Notes under the pieces: generated by a model | The model's input: only the letters and a program-made list of their open reading frames with translations | Told to the model about the DNA's origin: nothing | Database searches by the model: none | Origin: Candidatus Omnitrophota bacterium | GTDB lineage: Bacteria > Omnitrophota > Gorgyraeia > Gygaellales > JAHJCI01 | Assembly: GCA_042570305.1 (NCBI GenBank) | Contig: JBHPGP010000002.1 | Coordinates: 4,024-68,023, forward strand | DNA length: 64,000 nucleotides | Direction of reading: 5' to 3' | Shown: positions 1 through 9,001 of the stretch, in pieces | How the letters are laid out: the number at the start of each line of letters is the position of its first letter | How positions within the stretch are numbered: position 1 is the stretch's first letter | Position numbers and translations under genes: made by a program

Positions 1-8
1 TCAGCGTA

Positions 9-43
9 AGGACCGGTCCTCGAACAGATCAAGAACCGGTCCT
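9..43. repeat. Two short palindromic REP-like units (AGGACCGGTCCT; AGAACCGGTCCT)
   Basis: Perfect 12-bp palindrome at 9-20 and a one-mismatch copy at 32-43 in intergenic DNA; upstream context is outside the window. Confidence 0.4.
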
Positions 44-91
44 AACTCAAATATGAATTGCGGGGGTCTGATTTTGGTGTATAATTAGCTT

Positions 92-1036
92 ATGTTCGGG
101 CAGTCATTTGCGCTGGTTTCGGGAGCAGTGGGTCAGATTTTTATCCTGGGAGCAATCGGTTACTTTCTGGTAAAGAAGGAAATTCTCACCAGAGAGGGGA
201 TGGATATACTCAGCCGCCTGGTTATTACGGTTACTTTGCCGGCAATGATTTTCTCGCAGTTAATCCAGGGCTTCAGCTTTGACCTTGAACCTGCCTGGTG
301 GGTTTTTACGTTAGCCAGTTTTGCGGTTACTCTTCTGGGATTTTTGGCAGGTGGTATTTTTGTCAGCCTGCTTGAGGCAGGGGAAGGCAGGCGACAGTTC
401 TTAAGTCTGACTGCCTTTCAGAATTCAGGATATCTTCCGCTTGCCCTGGCAGCCGCCCTCTTAAAGCCAGATGATAAACACCTGATGTTTATCTACATTT
501 TTTTGTTTCTGCTCGGATTTAATCTTGTGATCTGGTCTTTGGGGGTATATTTTTTGTCCCGTAAACAAGAGAAAAAACTTGAATTAACCAGTTTTTTCAG
601 CCCTCCGGTATTGGCTACGTTGATTACCATGGTTCTGGTTTGGATTGGTTTGAATAGGTTTATTCCGGAAGTTATCATAAAGCCGCTGCGCATGGTGGGA
701 GATTCGACTTTGCCTTTGGCAATGCTTGTGGTCGGCGGCAGCCTTGGCTTAATTAAAGTCAGCAGACTGCAACTGAAGCCGATTCTTTTATTAATCCTGG
801 CCAAGCTTTTTATTCTGCCCTTTCTGGGCTTGTTGTTGATCTGGAGATTCTCTCCTCCGCGCCTGTTCGGCTTATTGATGATCATGCAATTGGCTATGCC
901 TTCTGCTACATCGCTTTCATTGATTATTACGCATTATAAAAGGGAAGATTTATTAATCAGCCAGGGAGTGTTGTTTACCCACCTGTTCAGCCTGATCAGC
1001 ATACCCTTGTTTTTAAGTCTGGCATGGATAAGGTAA
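92..1036 (+). CDS. AEC (auxin efflux carrier) family membrane transporter
   Basis: 314 aa, about 10 hydrophobic segments; F-Q-N-S-G-Y-L-P-L, S-P-P and A-M-P-S-A motifs typical of AEC permeases. Confidence 0.85.
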   Translation: MFGQSFALVSGAVGQIFILGAIGYFLVKKEILTREGMDILSRLVITVTLPAMIFSQLIQGFSFDLEPAWWVFTLASFAVTLLGFLAGGIFVSLLEAGEGRRQFLSLTAFQNSGYLPLALAAALLKPDDKHLMFIYIFLFLLGFNLVIWSLGVYFLSRKQEKKLELTSFFSPPVLATLITMVLVWIGLNRFIPEVIIKPLRMVGDSTLPLAMLVVGGSLGLIKVSRLQLKPILLLILAKLFILPFLGLLLIWRFSPPRLFGLLMIMQLAMPSATSLSLIITHYKREDLLISQGVLFTHLFSLISIPLFLSLAWIR

Positions 1037-1479
1037 CCGTAACCAATCGCAAGGCCCGCCGGGACTATTCAGTGCTTAAGGCCTGGGAGGCAGGGATTGA
1101 ACTTAAGGGCAGCGAGGTTAAGTCAATCCGAGAGGGCAGGGTAACCCTGGATGATAGCTTTGCGCGGGTTGAAAATGGCCGGGTTTTGCTGTATAATATG
1201 CATGTCAGCCCTTATTTCCAGGCAAGCATCTTTAATGTAGAGCCAAAGCGGCTGCGGCTACTCTTGTTGCATAAGAATCAAATCGCCAAGATAAGCCAGG
1301 AGGTTTTTCAGCGGGGGCTTACCTTAATTCCGTTAAGGCTTTATTTTAACAAGCGGGGATTTGTCAAGATTGAATTGGCATTATGCCGCGGCAAAAAATT
1401 ATACGACCGGCGCAGGGACATCAGGAGCAAGCAGGCGGCTCTGGAGATAAAAAGAGCGATAAAGAGCAGAAGAAGGTAG
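1024..1479 (+). CDS. smpB: SsrA-binding protein SmpB
   Basis: NRKARRDY, EAGIELKGSEVKSIR, LLLHK, GKKLYDRR motifs; adjacent to tmRNA. Confidence 0.97.
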   Translation: MDKVTVTNRKARRDYSVLKAWEAGIELKGSEVKSIREGRVTLDDSFARVENGRVLLYNMHVSPYFQASIFNVEPKRLRLLLLHKNQIAKISQEVFQRGLTLIPLRLYFNKRGFVKIELALCRGKKLYDRRRDIRSKQAALEIKRAIKSRRR

Positions 1480-1528
1480 TTGCTACATTCGGCAGGACGA
1501 TTTTGCAACACGTAATAGATAGAAAATC

Positions 1529-1940
1529 GGGGGTGAAAGGGCTCGACCTAGGTAAGTCGGGTAAAAGCAGCATGCCGAGGTGGCAAGGAGGCCTCGTAAA
1601 ACACCTTGCAAAACATAAACGCAAACACACAAGTTGTGTCACGTTTAGGAATGCCTGTTTCGTCACTAGCAATGGTGACTGGACCAGCGTTCTTACCAGC
1701 CTTCGGGCTTAATTAAGCCCGAAGCCTCTATTCATCCAGCCTACGGGATGCAATAGGGCGATTAGTAGGCTGGCTCCGGTGCATTAGCCTTTATTGCTGG
1801 GGCAAGACTCTTAAAGGCTGCGTCCTGAAAAATCCTGTCTTTCGGAGTTTTCTGGATCAAGTCTAAAAGATAGACTAAGCATGTAGCGGTTTTTATCTGG
1901 TTGCTTAGGGACCGGGGTTCGAATCCCCGCACCTCCACCA
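1529..1940 (+). ncRNA. ssrA: tmRNA (SsrA); tag reading frame 1621-1716
   Basis: 5' GGGGGTGAAAGGGCTCGAC; 3' T-arm GGGGTTCGAATCCCC and end CACCTCCACCA; AGCATG pairing segments; resume codon GCA after ATAAAC; stop codon in a hairpin loop; follows smpB. Confidence 0.95.
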
Positions 1941-1948
1941 AATCAGCG

Positions 1949-2052
1949 ACGCACATTCCCGAGCCGGGTGCAAAACCCGTTGGAGCTGTCGTTTCGGCAA
2001 CCCGGTGTGGTTCTTTTTTAAGAATCACTGCATCCGGCCCGGGAATGAGCGT
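1949..2052. repeat. Imperfect inverted-repeat element (24-bp arms) between ssrA and murI
   Basis: ACGCACATTCCCGAGCCGGGTGCA (1949-1972) pairs with TGCATCCGGCCCGGGAATGAGCGT (2029-2052); internal small hairpins. Confidence 0.6.
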
Positions 2053-2071
2053 TTCTTATCTGTTAAACCCA

Positions 2072-2878
2072 ATGAAACCAATCGGTGTTTTTGATTCAGG
2101 ATTAGGCGGGCTCACTGTGGTTAAGGAATTGAAACGGCAGCTGCCCGCCGAAGACATAATTTATTTAGGCGATACTGCCCGGCTTCCTTACGGAACGAAA
2201 TCACCGGGCACGGTAATCAGATTCACGCTGAATAATATCCTCTTTCTGCTGAAACAAAATACCAAGCTGATTATTATTGCCTGTAATACTGCTTCCAGCC
2301 TCGCACTGGAGGTTATCCGAAAGCATTTTCGTATTCCCATAATCGGTGTCATCCAGCCGGGAGCGCAGGAGGCAGCAAGGATCACGAAGACAAAATGCGT
2401 AGGCGTAATCGGTACCCGCGCCACCATAAAAAGCAGGGCTTACGAGAGCCAGATACGAAAAATAGACCCGGAAGTCAGGGTAGTCAGCCAGGCATGTCCG
2501 TTATTCGTACCCCTGGTTGAAGAGGGTTGGCTTAACCGCGCGGAAACAATCTCTGTTGCTGAAGAATATCTTAAACCGTTCATCAAAAAAAACCATAAAC
2601 TGGATGCATTGATTCTCGGGTGTACACACTATCCTTTACTTAAGCCGGTGATTAGGAAAGTCTTAGGCAGTGAAGTCAGGCTGATTGATTCTGCAAGGCA
2701 GGTGGTAAGTCAGGTTGAGCAGATTCTGCGTGATTCTCAAGGCGCAAGGAGAACCGATACCGCAGGAAGAGGCAGATGCAGGTTTTACGTTACCGATGAC
2801 GCCGAAGGGTTTTCCCGCCAGGCAGTGCGCTTCCTGGGGCATCGCATCTCCAAAGTCAAGAGGATAACGGATGTTTGA
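2072..2878 (+). CDS. murI: Glutamate racemase
   Basis: IGVFDSGLGGLTV, GDTARLPYG, IACNTAS, LGCTHYP motifs; start set at ATG 2072 (2045 possible) because the track start 1901 lies inside tmRNA. Confidence 0.96.
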   Translation: MKPIGVFDSGLGGLTVVKELKRQLPAEDIIYLGDTARLPYGTKSPGTVIRFTLNNILFLLKQNTKLIIIACNTASSLALEVIRKHFRIPIIGVIQPGAQEAARITKTKCVGVIGTRATIKSRAYESQIRKIDPEVRVVSQACPLFVPLVEEGWLNRAETISVAEEYLKPFIKKNHKLDALILGCTHYPLLKPVIRKVLGSEVRLIDSARQVVSQVEQILRDSQGARRTDTAGRGRCRFYVTDDAEGFSRQAVRFLGHRISKVKRITDV

Positions 2879-3230
2879 GATTAAGGTAAGCGGTGAATTT
2901 AGCGCAGCGCATAACCTAAGGGGATACCGCGGGCGCTGCGAAGAGCTTCACGGCCACAACTGGAAGGTTGAGGTTATCGTTTGCGGAGAAAAACTGGATA
3001 AAACAGGGATGCTTATGGATTTCAAAAAACTAAAGATGCGCTTGCACAGGGTTTTGGATAAGCTGGATCATAAGTATATTTCCCGCCTTCAATTTTTTCG
3101 TAAGGTAAACCCCACCTCAGAGAATATTGCCAGGTATATATACAATAGACTCAAAACTCAGACTCCGGGAGTTAAGTCGGTAACGGTTTGGGAATCGGAT
3201 AATTCCTCAGCCTGCTACTATGGCGCTTAA
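2871..3230 (+). CDS. queD: 6-carboxy-5,6,7,8-tetrahydropterin synthase
   Basis: FSAAH..C..LHGHNW, DH, NPTSENIA, VWES motifs; in que cluster. Confidence 0.95.
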   Translation: MFEIKVSGEFSAAHNLRGYRGRCEELHGHNWKVEVIVCGEKLDKTGMLMDFKKLKMRLHRVLDKLDHKYISRLQFFRKVNPTSENIARYIYNRLKTQTPGVKSVTVWESDNSSACYYGA

Positions 3231-3903
3231 AAAGGGAATTGTTCTTTTATCCGGCGGCTTGGATTCGGCAGTCACCCTTTATTATGCCAGGCAACAGGGG
3301 CTTGATTGTCAATGCCTTATTTTCGATTACGGCCAGCGCCATAAGAAAGAAATCAGCTCGGCAAAAAAGATTGCCAAGAGTGCGGGATGCCCGTATAAAA
3401 TTTTAAATATTCAATTTCCCTGGAAAGGCTCAAGCCTTTTAGATAAGAGTATCAGGATACCGCAGGCGAAAAGGCAGGCAGGGAGGCGGTCCGGGAATAA
3501 AATCCCCGGCACTTATGTACCCGGCCGAAACATTATTTTTTTAAGTTTTGCCCTTTCCTTTTCCGAGGTAGCCGGAGCCAGTGCAATATTTATTGGCGCG
3601 CATACCCAGGATTATTCAGGGTACCCGGATTGCCGCAGGGAATTTTTTCAGGCATTCGATAGGGTAATCAAAAGCGGGACAAGGTCCGGAACAAGCAGGA
3701 AGGGAATAAGGATTTTTACTCCCCTGATTGGCAAGAAAAAGTCGGAGATCATCAAATTGGGAATGAGTCTTGGGGTTCCGTTTCAATTGACCTGGTCTTG
3801 TTATAAAGGGGGAAGTAGGCCTTGTGCCAGTTGCGAAAGTTGTCATTTTCGCGCCTTAGGCTTTGCCGAGGCAGGCTTTCTCGACCCCCTAATGGAGAGA
3901 TGA
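3220..3903 (+). CDS. queC: 7-cyano-7-deazaguanine synthase
   Basis: LSGGLDS, FDYGQRH, YVPGRN, YPDCR, TWSCY and C-x2-C-x2-C zinc motif. Confidence 0.97.
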   Translation: MALKKGIVLLSGGLDSAVTLYYARQQGLDCQCLIFDYGQRHKKEISSAKKIAKSAGCPYKILNIQFPWKGSSLLDKSIRIPQAKRQAGRRSGNKIPGTYVPGRNIIFLSFALSFSEVAGASAIFIGAHTQDYSGYPDCRREFFQAFDRVIKSGTRSGTSRKGIRIFTPLIGKKKSEIIKLGMSLGVPFQLTWSCYKGGSRPCASCESCHFRALGFAEAGFLDPLMER

Positions 3904-4574
3904 AGGCAAGGATTGCTGAGGTTTTTCAGAGCATCCAGGGTGAAGGTATTCATCTGGGCAAGGAGCAGGTCTTTATCCGCTTCTTTGGCTGCAATCTGGA
4001 GCGCTGCGCATTCTGCGATACCAGATTAAGCGCATTCAAGGAATACGCGCCAGCTGATTTATGCGATTATTTAAAATCCGGCTTTAGCAGACTCAATTCA
4101 GTCGCTCTAACCGGAGGAGAGCCTTTAGTGCAAAAAGAATTCTTAAGCCGGTTCCTGCCCTTGCTTAAGCAGGCAGGCTTAGAAATATATCTGGAAACCA
4201 ATGCTACCCTGCCAGGCGCCTTGAGAGCGGTCATCGATTATATCGATATTATTGCCATTGATTTTAAATTTCCATCTTCAACCGGGCTCAGGCGTTTTTG
4301 GCAGGAGCACGAGGAGTTTTTAAAACTGGCTACTCAAAAAGAGGTATTGATTAAGGCAGTGATTTGCCACTCTACAGTCTATAGTGATTTAGAGCAGGCA
4401 GTTAAAGTTATATCCAGAGTCAACCGGGCTGTCCCGTTTATCCTGCAGCCGAATTCATTCGAGTCCGGTTCGTCGCTTACGAATAAAATCCTGGAGTTTA
4501 AGAGATTTTCACTTCAATCTTTATCAGACGTAAGAATTGTGCCTCAGTTGCATAAAATGATCGGAGTAAGATGA
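3900..4574 (+). CDS. queE: 7-carboxy-7-deazaguanine synthase (radical SAM)
   Basis: EVFQSIQGEG, FIRFFGCNL..C..CDT, LTGGEP, LETN, PQLHK; ATG at 3900 overlaps the queC stop (ATGA). Confidence 0.93.
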   Translation: MKARIAEVFQSIQGEGIHLGKEQVFIRFFGCNLERCAFCDTRLSAFKEYAPADLCDYLKSGFSRLNSVALTGGEPLVQKEFLSRFLPLLKQAGLEIYLETNATLPGALRAVIDYIDIIAIDFKFPSSTGLRRFWQEHEEFLKLATQKEVLIKAVICHSTVYSDLEQAVKVISRVNRAVPFILQPNSFESGSSLTNKILEFKRFSLQSLSDVRIVPQLHKMIGVR

Positions 4575-5023
4575 GCCCCATTAGACCTAATCGTCCAACA
4601 GGTAGAAAGAAAGAGAGGTCTAGCGGGGTGAACGAACGCAATTCTCGTTACGAAGGTTTACAGAAAGATATCAGGAAGCTTAAGACTCCGGTAATCGAAG
4701 TATGGCAGAATAAATATCCAGACAAGCGGTATGCGATAAGCTTAGAGGTCCTTGAGTTTACCTGTATCTGTCCCAAGACCGGACTGCCTGATTTTGCCGT
4801 TATCAAAATAGAGTATTCGCCTGATAAATATTGTATCGAGCTGAAATCATTCAAGCTCTACACAATATTCTATCGCAATCTCGGCATATTCCACGAACAC
4901 GTAATAAACAGGATGCTTGGGGATTTGGCAGCAGCCTGCAACCCACGCTGGTTGCGGATTACCGGAGAATTTAATGTGCGCGGGGGGATTAAAACAACGG
5001 TTTCAGCCGAATATAAAAGATGA
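4571..5023 (+). CDS. queF: NADPH-dependent preQ0 reductase (short type), with a small N-terminal insertion
   Basis: EFTCICPKTGLPDFA, ELKSFKLY, FHE, RGGI motifs. Confidence 0.95.
   Translation: MSPIRPNRPTGRKKERSSGVNERNSRYEGLQKDIRKLKTPVIEVWQNKYPDKRYAISLEVLEFTCICPKTGLPDFAVIKIEYSPDKYCIELKSFKLYTIFYRNLGIFHEHVINRMLGDLAAACNPRWLRITGEFNVRGGIKTTVSAEYKR
4576..4628. mobile_element. MITE-like miniature inverted-repeat insertion at the queF start
   Basis: CCCCATTAGACCT (4576-4588) / AGGTCTAGCGGGG (4616-4628) inverted arms with TGA on both sides; in frame (57 nt from ATG to GTG). Confidence 0.55.
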
Positions 5024-5865
5024 AAAAATTAAATTTTTCAGTTGTTCAAAAGGCAGTAGCAAAACTTTGCATTGAGGCAAATACCAAATTGCGGCCGGAT
5101 GTGCTGAGGGCATTGGAGTCAGCCTATAAAAGAGAAAGAAGGCTGAGGGCAAGGCATATGTTAGGGGCAATTATCCGTAACGCACGCATTGCCCAAAGAA
5201 GTAATTTAGCTATCTGTCAGGATACGGGCCTGCCAGTTGTTTTTGCCGAGTTGGGCAATAATTTAAAGGTAGCCTGCGATTTGAAGGCGGCAATTAACAG
5301 TGGAGTCCAGCTTGGTTATCAAAAAGGATATTTAAGGAATTCAATTGTGAATCAACCATTAGTCAGGACAAGGCCTGGATATAAACCTGCAATTATCCAT
5401 CTGGATTTGGTGAAAGGCAAAAATTTAAAGTTAGCGGTCCTGCCGAAGGGCTTTGGTTGCGAGAATAAAAGCAGCCTGAAGATGTTCCTGCCTACCGCAG
5501 ATATCCGGCAGCTGAAGCAGTTTATTATCGGGAGCGTCAAGGATGCCGGGCCAGATGCCTGTCCGCCCTATGTTCTGGGAATAGGCATAGGCGGCACAGC
5601 TGATTATGCGGCATTTTTAGCAAAGAAAGCCTTGTTGAAAAGAGTGAGTGGCTTGCAGGGTCAGAAGGCCAAAAGCTATATTGCTAAGCTGGAGCATGAT
5701 TTATTAAAAGAGATAAATAAGCTCGGCATCGGGCCCATGGGCCTGGGGGGTGAGGCTACCTGTTTAGGTGTAAATATCCTGACGCACCCTACGCATATTG
5801 CCGGTTTGCCTGTGGCAATAAACATTAGCTGTCATGCCCTGAGGAGCGCAACCGGGAAATTATAA
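5020..5865 (+). CDS. Fe-S fumarate/tartrate hydratase, alpha (N-terminal) subunit
   Basis: ICQDTG, PKGFGCEN, ACPP, GIGIGG, GIGPMGLGG, HIAGLPVAINISCHALR motifs. Confidence 0.92.
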   Translation: MKKLNFSVVQKAVAKLCIEANTKLRPDVLRALESAYKRERRLRARHMLGAIIRNARIAQRSNLAICQDTGLPVVFAELGNNLKVACDLKAAINSGVQLGYQKGYLRNSIVNQPLVRTRPGYKPAIIHLDLVKGKNLKLAVLPKGFGCENKSSLKMFLPTADIRQLKQFIIGSVKDAGPDACPPYVLGIGIGGTADYAAFLAKKALLKRVSGLQGQKAKSYIAKLEHDLLKEINKLGIGPMGLGGEATCLGVNILTHPTHIAGLPVAINISCHALRSATGKL

Positions 5866-6386
5866 TGAAAAAAATAAGCACTCCTTTAGAAAAAAAACAA
5901 ATCGCAAAATTAAAGGCAGGTGAGGAGGTTTTCTTATCCGGAGTCATCTATACCGCCCGCGATCAGGCACACAAAAAAATATATGAGCGTATCAGCAGAA
6001 AAAAGAGTCTGCCGTTAGCTTTGCATGGCCAGGTTATTTATTATTGCGGACCGACTCCTGCTGCAAAGGGCAGGATTATCGGCTCCTGCGGACCGACTAC
6101 AAGTTCGCGTATGGATAAATTCACTCCCGCACTGCTTAAGGCAGGCCTAGCCGCTATGATTGGCAAAGGAAGGCGCTCAAAAGAAGTAATTCAGGCGATA
6201 AAGAAAAACCGCGCAGTCTATTTCCTCACCCTTGCCGGCTGCGGCGCTTTATTGTCTGAATATGTGACAGCAATGAAGCCGGTTGCTTATAAGGATTTGG
6301 GGCCGGAGGCAATATACTGTTTAGCGGTGAAGGATTTTCCTTTAGTTGTGGCAGTTGACAGCAAGGGCAGAAGCATTATAACGTGA
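5865..6386 (+). CDS. Fe-S fumarate/tartrate hydratase, beta (C-terminal) subunit
   Basis: TARDQAH, GPTTSSRM, MIGKG, DLGPEA, DFPLVVAVDSKG motifs; overlaps the alpha stop. Confidence 0.92.
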   Translation: MKKISTPLEKKQIAKLKAGEEVFLSGVIYTARDQAHKKIYERISRKKSLPLALHGQVIYYCGPTPAAKGRIIGSCGPTTSSRMDKFTPALLKAGLAAMIGKGRRSKEVIQAIKKNRAVYFLTLAGCGALLSEYVTAMKPVAYKDLGPEAIYCLAVKDFPLVVAVDSKGRSIIT

Positions 6387-6403
6387 GGAAGGAGTAACCG
6401 GTA

Positions 6404-7114
6404 ATGAGAGTTGACAAACGTAAGCCCGACGAGATTCGCAAGGTAGCGATTCAGCGCAATTATATTAATTTTGCCGAGGGCTCATGCCTTATCGAATTAG
6501 GCAATACGCGGGTTATCTGCACTGCCTCGATAGAAGAGTCTGTGCCTTCTTTTTTAAAGGGGAGTGGCGCAGGCTGGGTTACTGCTGAATACGGCATGCT
6601 TCCGCGGTCCTGCCAGGCGAGGGTTTCCCGTAACAAGAATTCCGGAAGGACTTATGAGATACAAAGATTAATCGGCAGGTCTTTGCGTGCGGTAACCAGG
6701 ATGGAGGATTTGGGAGAGCGCACAATCTGGATTGACTGCGATGTAATTCAGGCAGACGGGGGAACGAGAACAGCCAGCATTACCGGAAGCTTTCTTGCAT
6801 TAGCCGACAGCCTGGTTAAATTAAGGGCAAGGGGCCTGATTCAATCGCTACCGCTTAATGATTTTGTAGCTGCTATCAGTGTGGGAATAGTTGATAAACA
6901 GCTCCGCCTGGATTTAAGCTATGAGGAGGATTCCCGCGCAGAGGTGGATATGAATGTGGTAATGACCGGGGCAGGCGAGTTTATTGAAATCCAGGGTACG
7001 GCAGAAAGGAATCCCTTTAGCAAGGAGCAGATGGATCAGCTGCTGGAATTATCCAAGGCTGGCATTCTGGATTTAGTCAAAGTCCAGCGCAATTTACTAA
7101 AAGGCATACTGTGA
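6404..7114 (+). CDS. rph: Ribonuclease PH
   Basis: [51 protein letters not shown]. Confidence 0.97.
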   Translation: MRVDKRKPDEIRKVAIQRNYINFAEGSCLIELGNTRVICTASIEESVPSFLKGSGAGWVTAEYGMLPRSCQARVSRNKNSGRTYEIQRLIGRSLRAVTRMEDLGERTIWIDCDVIQADGGTRTASITGSFLALADSLVKLRARGLIQSLPLNDFVAAISVGIVDKQLRLDLSYEEDSRAEVDMNVVMTGAGEFIEIQGTAERNPFSKEQMDQLLELSKAGILDLVKVQRNLLKGIL

Positions 7115-7749
7115 GCGGAAAACAAAAACGTATTGAGCTGGTGGTAGCCAGCAGGAATTACAAGAAGTTCAAGGAGATAAAGGAAATACTCCGGGAGTTC
7201 AAACTTAAAATAACCTCTTTGCGCGATTATCCCCAAGCGCCCCGTATTGTCGAGAATGGAAGGACCTTTGAAGAGAACGCTATAAAAAAGGCACGCCTGA
7301 TTGCGCGCTTTACCGGAAAGCTAACACTGGGAGAGGACTCCGGTCTTGAAGTCGCCGCCTTAGGAGGGAAGCCGGGAATTTATTCTTCGCGTTTTTCCGG
7401 CAGGGATAAAAATGATGTGAAGAATAATCTGAAGTTGCTCAGGTTGTTGGCAGACCTGCCGATCAAAGAAAGAAAGGCGCGCTATGTCTGTAGCGTTGCG
7501 CTATTTGATAAACACGGCTTGCTTGGGGTAACCGAAGGTTATTGCCAGGGGATAATCGCCTTCCAGTTGCGCGGTTCATCCGGTTTTGGCTACGACCCTT
7601 TATTTATCATTCCTAAATATAAGAAGACCTTTGCTCAGTTGGGTCCGCGGATTAAACACAAGATTAGTCATCGCTTTCGCGCTCTTTCCATGGCAAGGCA
7701 GATAATAAAGAAATATTCCGGCATTCCGAATGGGTTGACAAAGATATAG
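7111..7749 (+). CDS. rdgB: dITP/XTP pyrophosphatase (RdgB/HAM1)
   Basis: [36 protein letters not shown] motifs; follows rph. Confidence 0.95.
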   Translation: MSGKQKRIELVVASRNYKKFKEIKEILREFKLKITSLRDYPQAPRIVENGRTFEENAIKKARLIARFTGKLTLGEDSGLEVAALGGKPGIYSSRFSGRDKNDVKNNLKLLRLLADLPIKERKARYVCSVALFDKHGLLGVTEGYCQGIIAFQLRGSSGFGYDPLFIIPKYKKTFAQLGPRIKHKISHRFRALSMARQIIKKYSGIPNGLTKI

Positions 7750-7762
7750 TCGATGTTATACT
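7735..7762 (+). promoter_or_regulatory. sigma70-type promoter for GAF-GGDEF/tRNA unit
   Basis: TTGACA-N16-TATACT with TG extension. Confidence 0.6.
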
Positions 7763-7786
7763 TAATCAAACAAAATCAAAAATAAA

Positions 7787-8812
7787 ATGGAAAAACAGAA
7801 TAGAAACCATGCCCTGGTTGACTTGCTATTAGAAATAGACGCCCAGATGCATGCCTTTCAAGACATCGATCAATTAATCGCTTTTTTTGTCAATAAGATA
7901 GCTGAGATATTCAGGGCGGGAAGGGTCTCCTTTATGCTGCTGGATGAAACAAGGGGGGAGTTGTTTATTAAGGCTTCTCATGGGTTAGACTTTTCAGACG
8001 GTAAATCAATAATCAGATTGGGTGAGATGTTTGGTGGCTGGGTAGCCAAACAAGGCAAGCCTTTGCTGGTCAAAGACGTGGAAGCAGAATTCCCTGATTT
8101 AATCAAGAACAGGGTATTGCGTTGTAAGACTAAATCATTTATTATCGTTCCCGTAAAGGTACAAAAGGGAATATTCGGTATATTAAATATGACTGATAAA
8201 AAGGATTTAAGCATATTTACTGAAGAAGAATTAAATACGATTAATCTCTTTTGTCATTACTTTGCTCTGCATGTAGAGAACATCAGATTGTTGGAAAATA
8301 ACGCGAAAAACTCGACGATTGATGCCTTAACCGGGTTATTCAATCATCGCTATTTTCAGGACCAGCTGTTGGAAGAGATTTATCGCGCAGAGCGTTATCG
8401 GTGCCATTTGAGCCTGGCGATGTTAGATATTGATAATTTCTGTTGGTATAATCAGACCTACGGTTATTCTGCGGGAGATAGCGCCTTAAGTAAAATAGGA
8501 AAATTAATAAAAGAAAACACGCGCCGGGTGGATACATCTGTCCGTTATGGGCCGGAGGAATTTATGCTGATCTTGCCGAATACCCGGTTAAAACAGGCTA
8601 TTTTTGTCGGAGAGAAGATCAGGGAGACAGTCGGCTATTCTGTATTTGCCGAAGACAGGAGTACCTCGTTGGGAATGGCCAGGCTTACGGTAAGCATTGG
8701 CGTCGTCGAACATAAAGTTGGCGTAGATAAAGAAGAGTTGACTCGTAGAGTTGTAAGTGCCTTGCTGGAAGCAAAGCAAAAGGGCAAAAATCGCGTCTGC
8801 GTATTTAAATAA
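7787..8812 (+). CDS. GAF + GGDEF domain protein (degenerate active site GPEEF)
   Basis: N-terminal GAF; DALTGLFNHR, LDIDNF, RRVD I-site, RYGPEEF, LTVSIG, AKQKGKNR. Confidence 0.88.
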   Translation: MEKQNRNHALVDLLLEIDAQMHAFQDIDQLIAFFVNKIAEIFRAGRVSFMLLDETRGELFIKASHGLDFSDGKSIIRLGEMFGGWVAKQGKPLLVKDVEAEFPDLIKNRVLRCKTKSFIIVPVKVQKGIFGILNMTDKKDLSIFTEEELNTINLFCHYFALHVENIRLLENNAKNSTIDALTGLFNHRYFQDQLLEEIYRAERYRCHLSLAMLDIDNFCWYNQTYGYSAGDSALSKIGKLIKENTRRVDTSVRYGPEEFMLILPNTRLKQAIFVGEKIRETVGYSVFAEDRSTSLGMARLTVSIGVVEHKVGVDKEELTRRVVSALLEAKQKGKNRVCVFK

Positions 8813-8887
8813 CGGGGCGTGGCTCAGTTTGGCTAGAGCGCTTGGTTTGGGACCAAGAGGTCACAGGTTCAAGTCCTGTCGCCCCGA
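8813..8887 (+). tRNA. tRNA-Pro (TGG), CCA not encoded
   Basis: CGGGGCG/CGCCCCG acceptor stem, CTTGG-TTTGGGA-CCAAG anticodon arm, GGTTCAAGTCC T arm. Confidence 0.95.
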
Positions 8888-8915
8888 AGTGCTTAATCTT
8901 ACACTAGCTAGTGAC

Positions 8916-8992
8916 GCGCCTGTAGCTCAGATGGATAGAGCATCTGCCTTCTAAGCAGAGGGTCGCGTGTTCGAATCACGCCAGGCGCACCA
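8916..8992 (+). tRNA. tRNA-Arg (TCT)
   Basis: GCGCCTG/CAGGCGC stem, TCTGC-CTTCTAA-GCAGA anticodon arm, TTCGAAT loop, ACCA end. Confidence 0.96.
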
Positions 8993-9001
8993 AAATCAAA
9001 G

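Noticed and set aside
1383-2028. ORFs 1383-1712, 1421-1672, 1762-2028 and the N-terminal extension of murI from 1901
   Set aside because: They overlap tmRNA and are shadows of the RNA gene
2004-2030. Possible preQ1 riboswitch (GTGGTTC...) ahead of the que operon
   Set aside because: No matching P1 3' strand with the A-rich tail; the segment forms a simple hairpin
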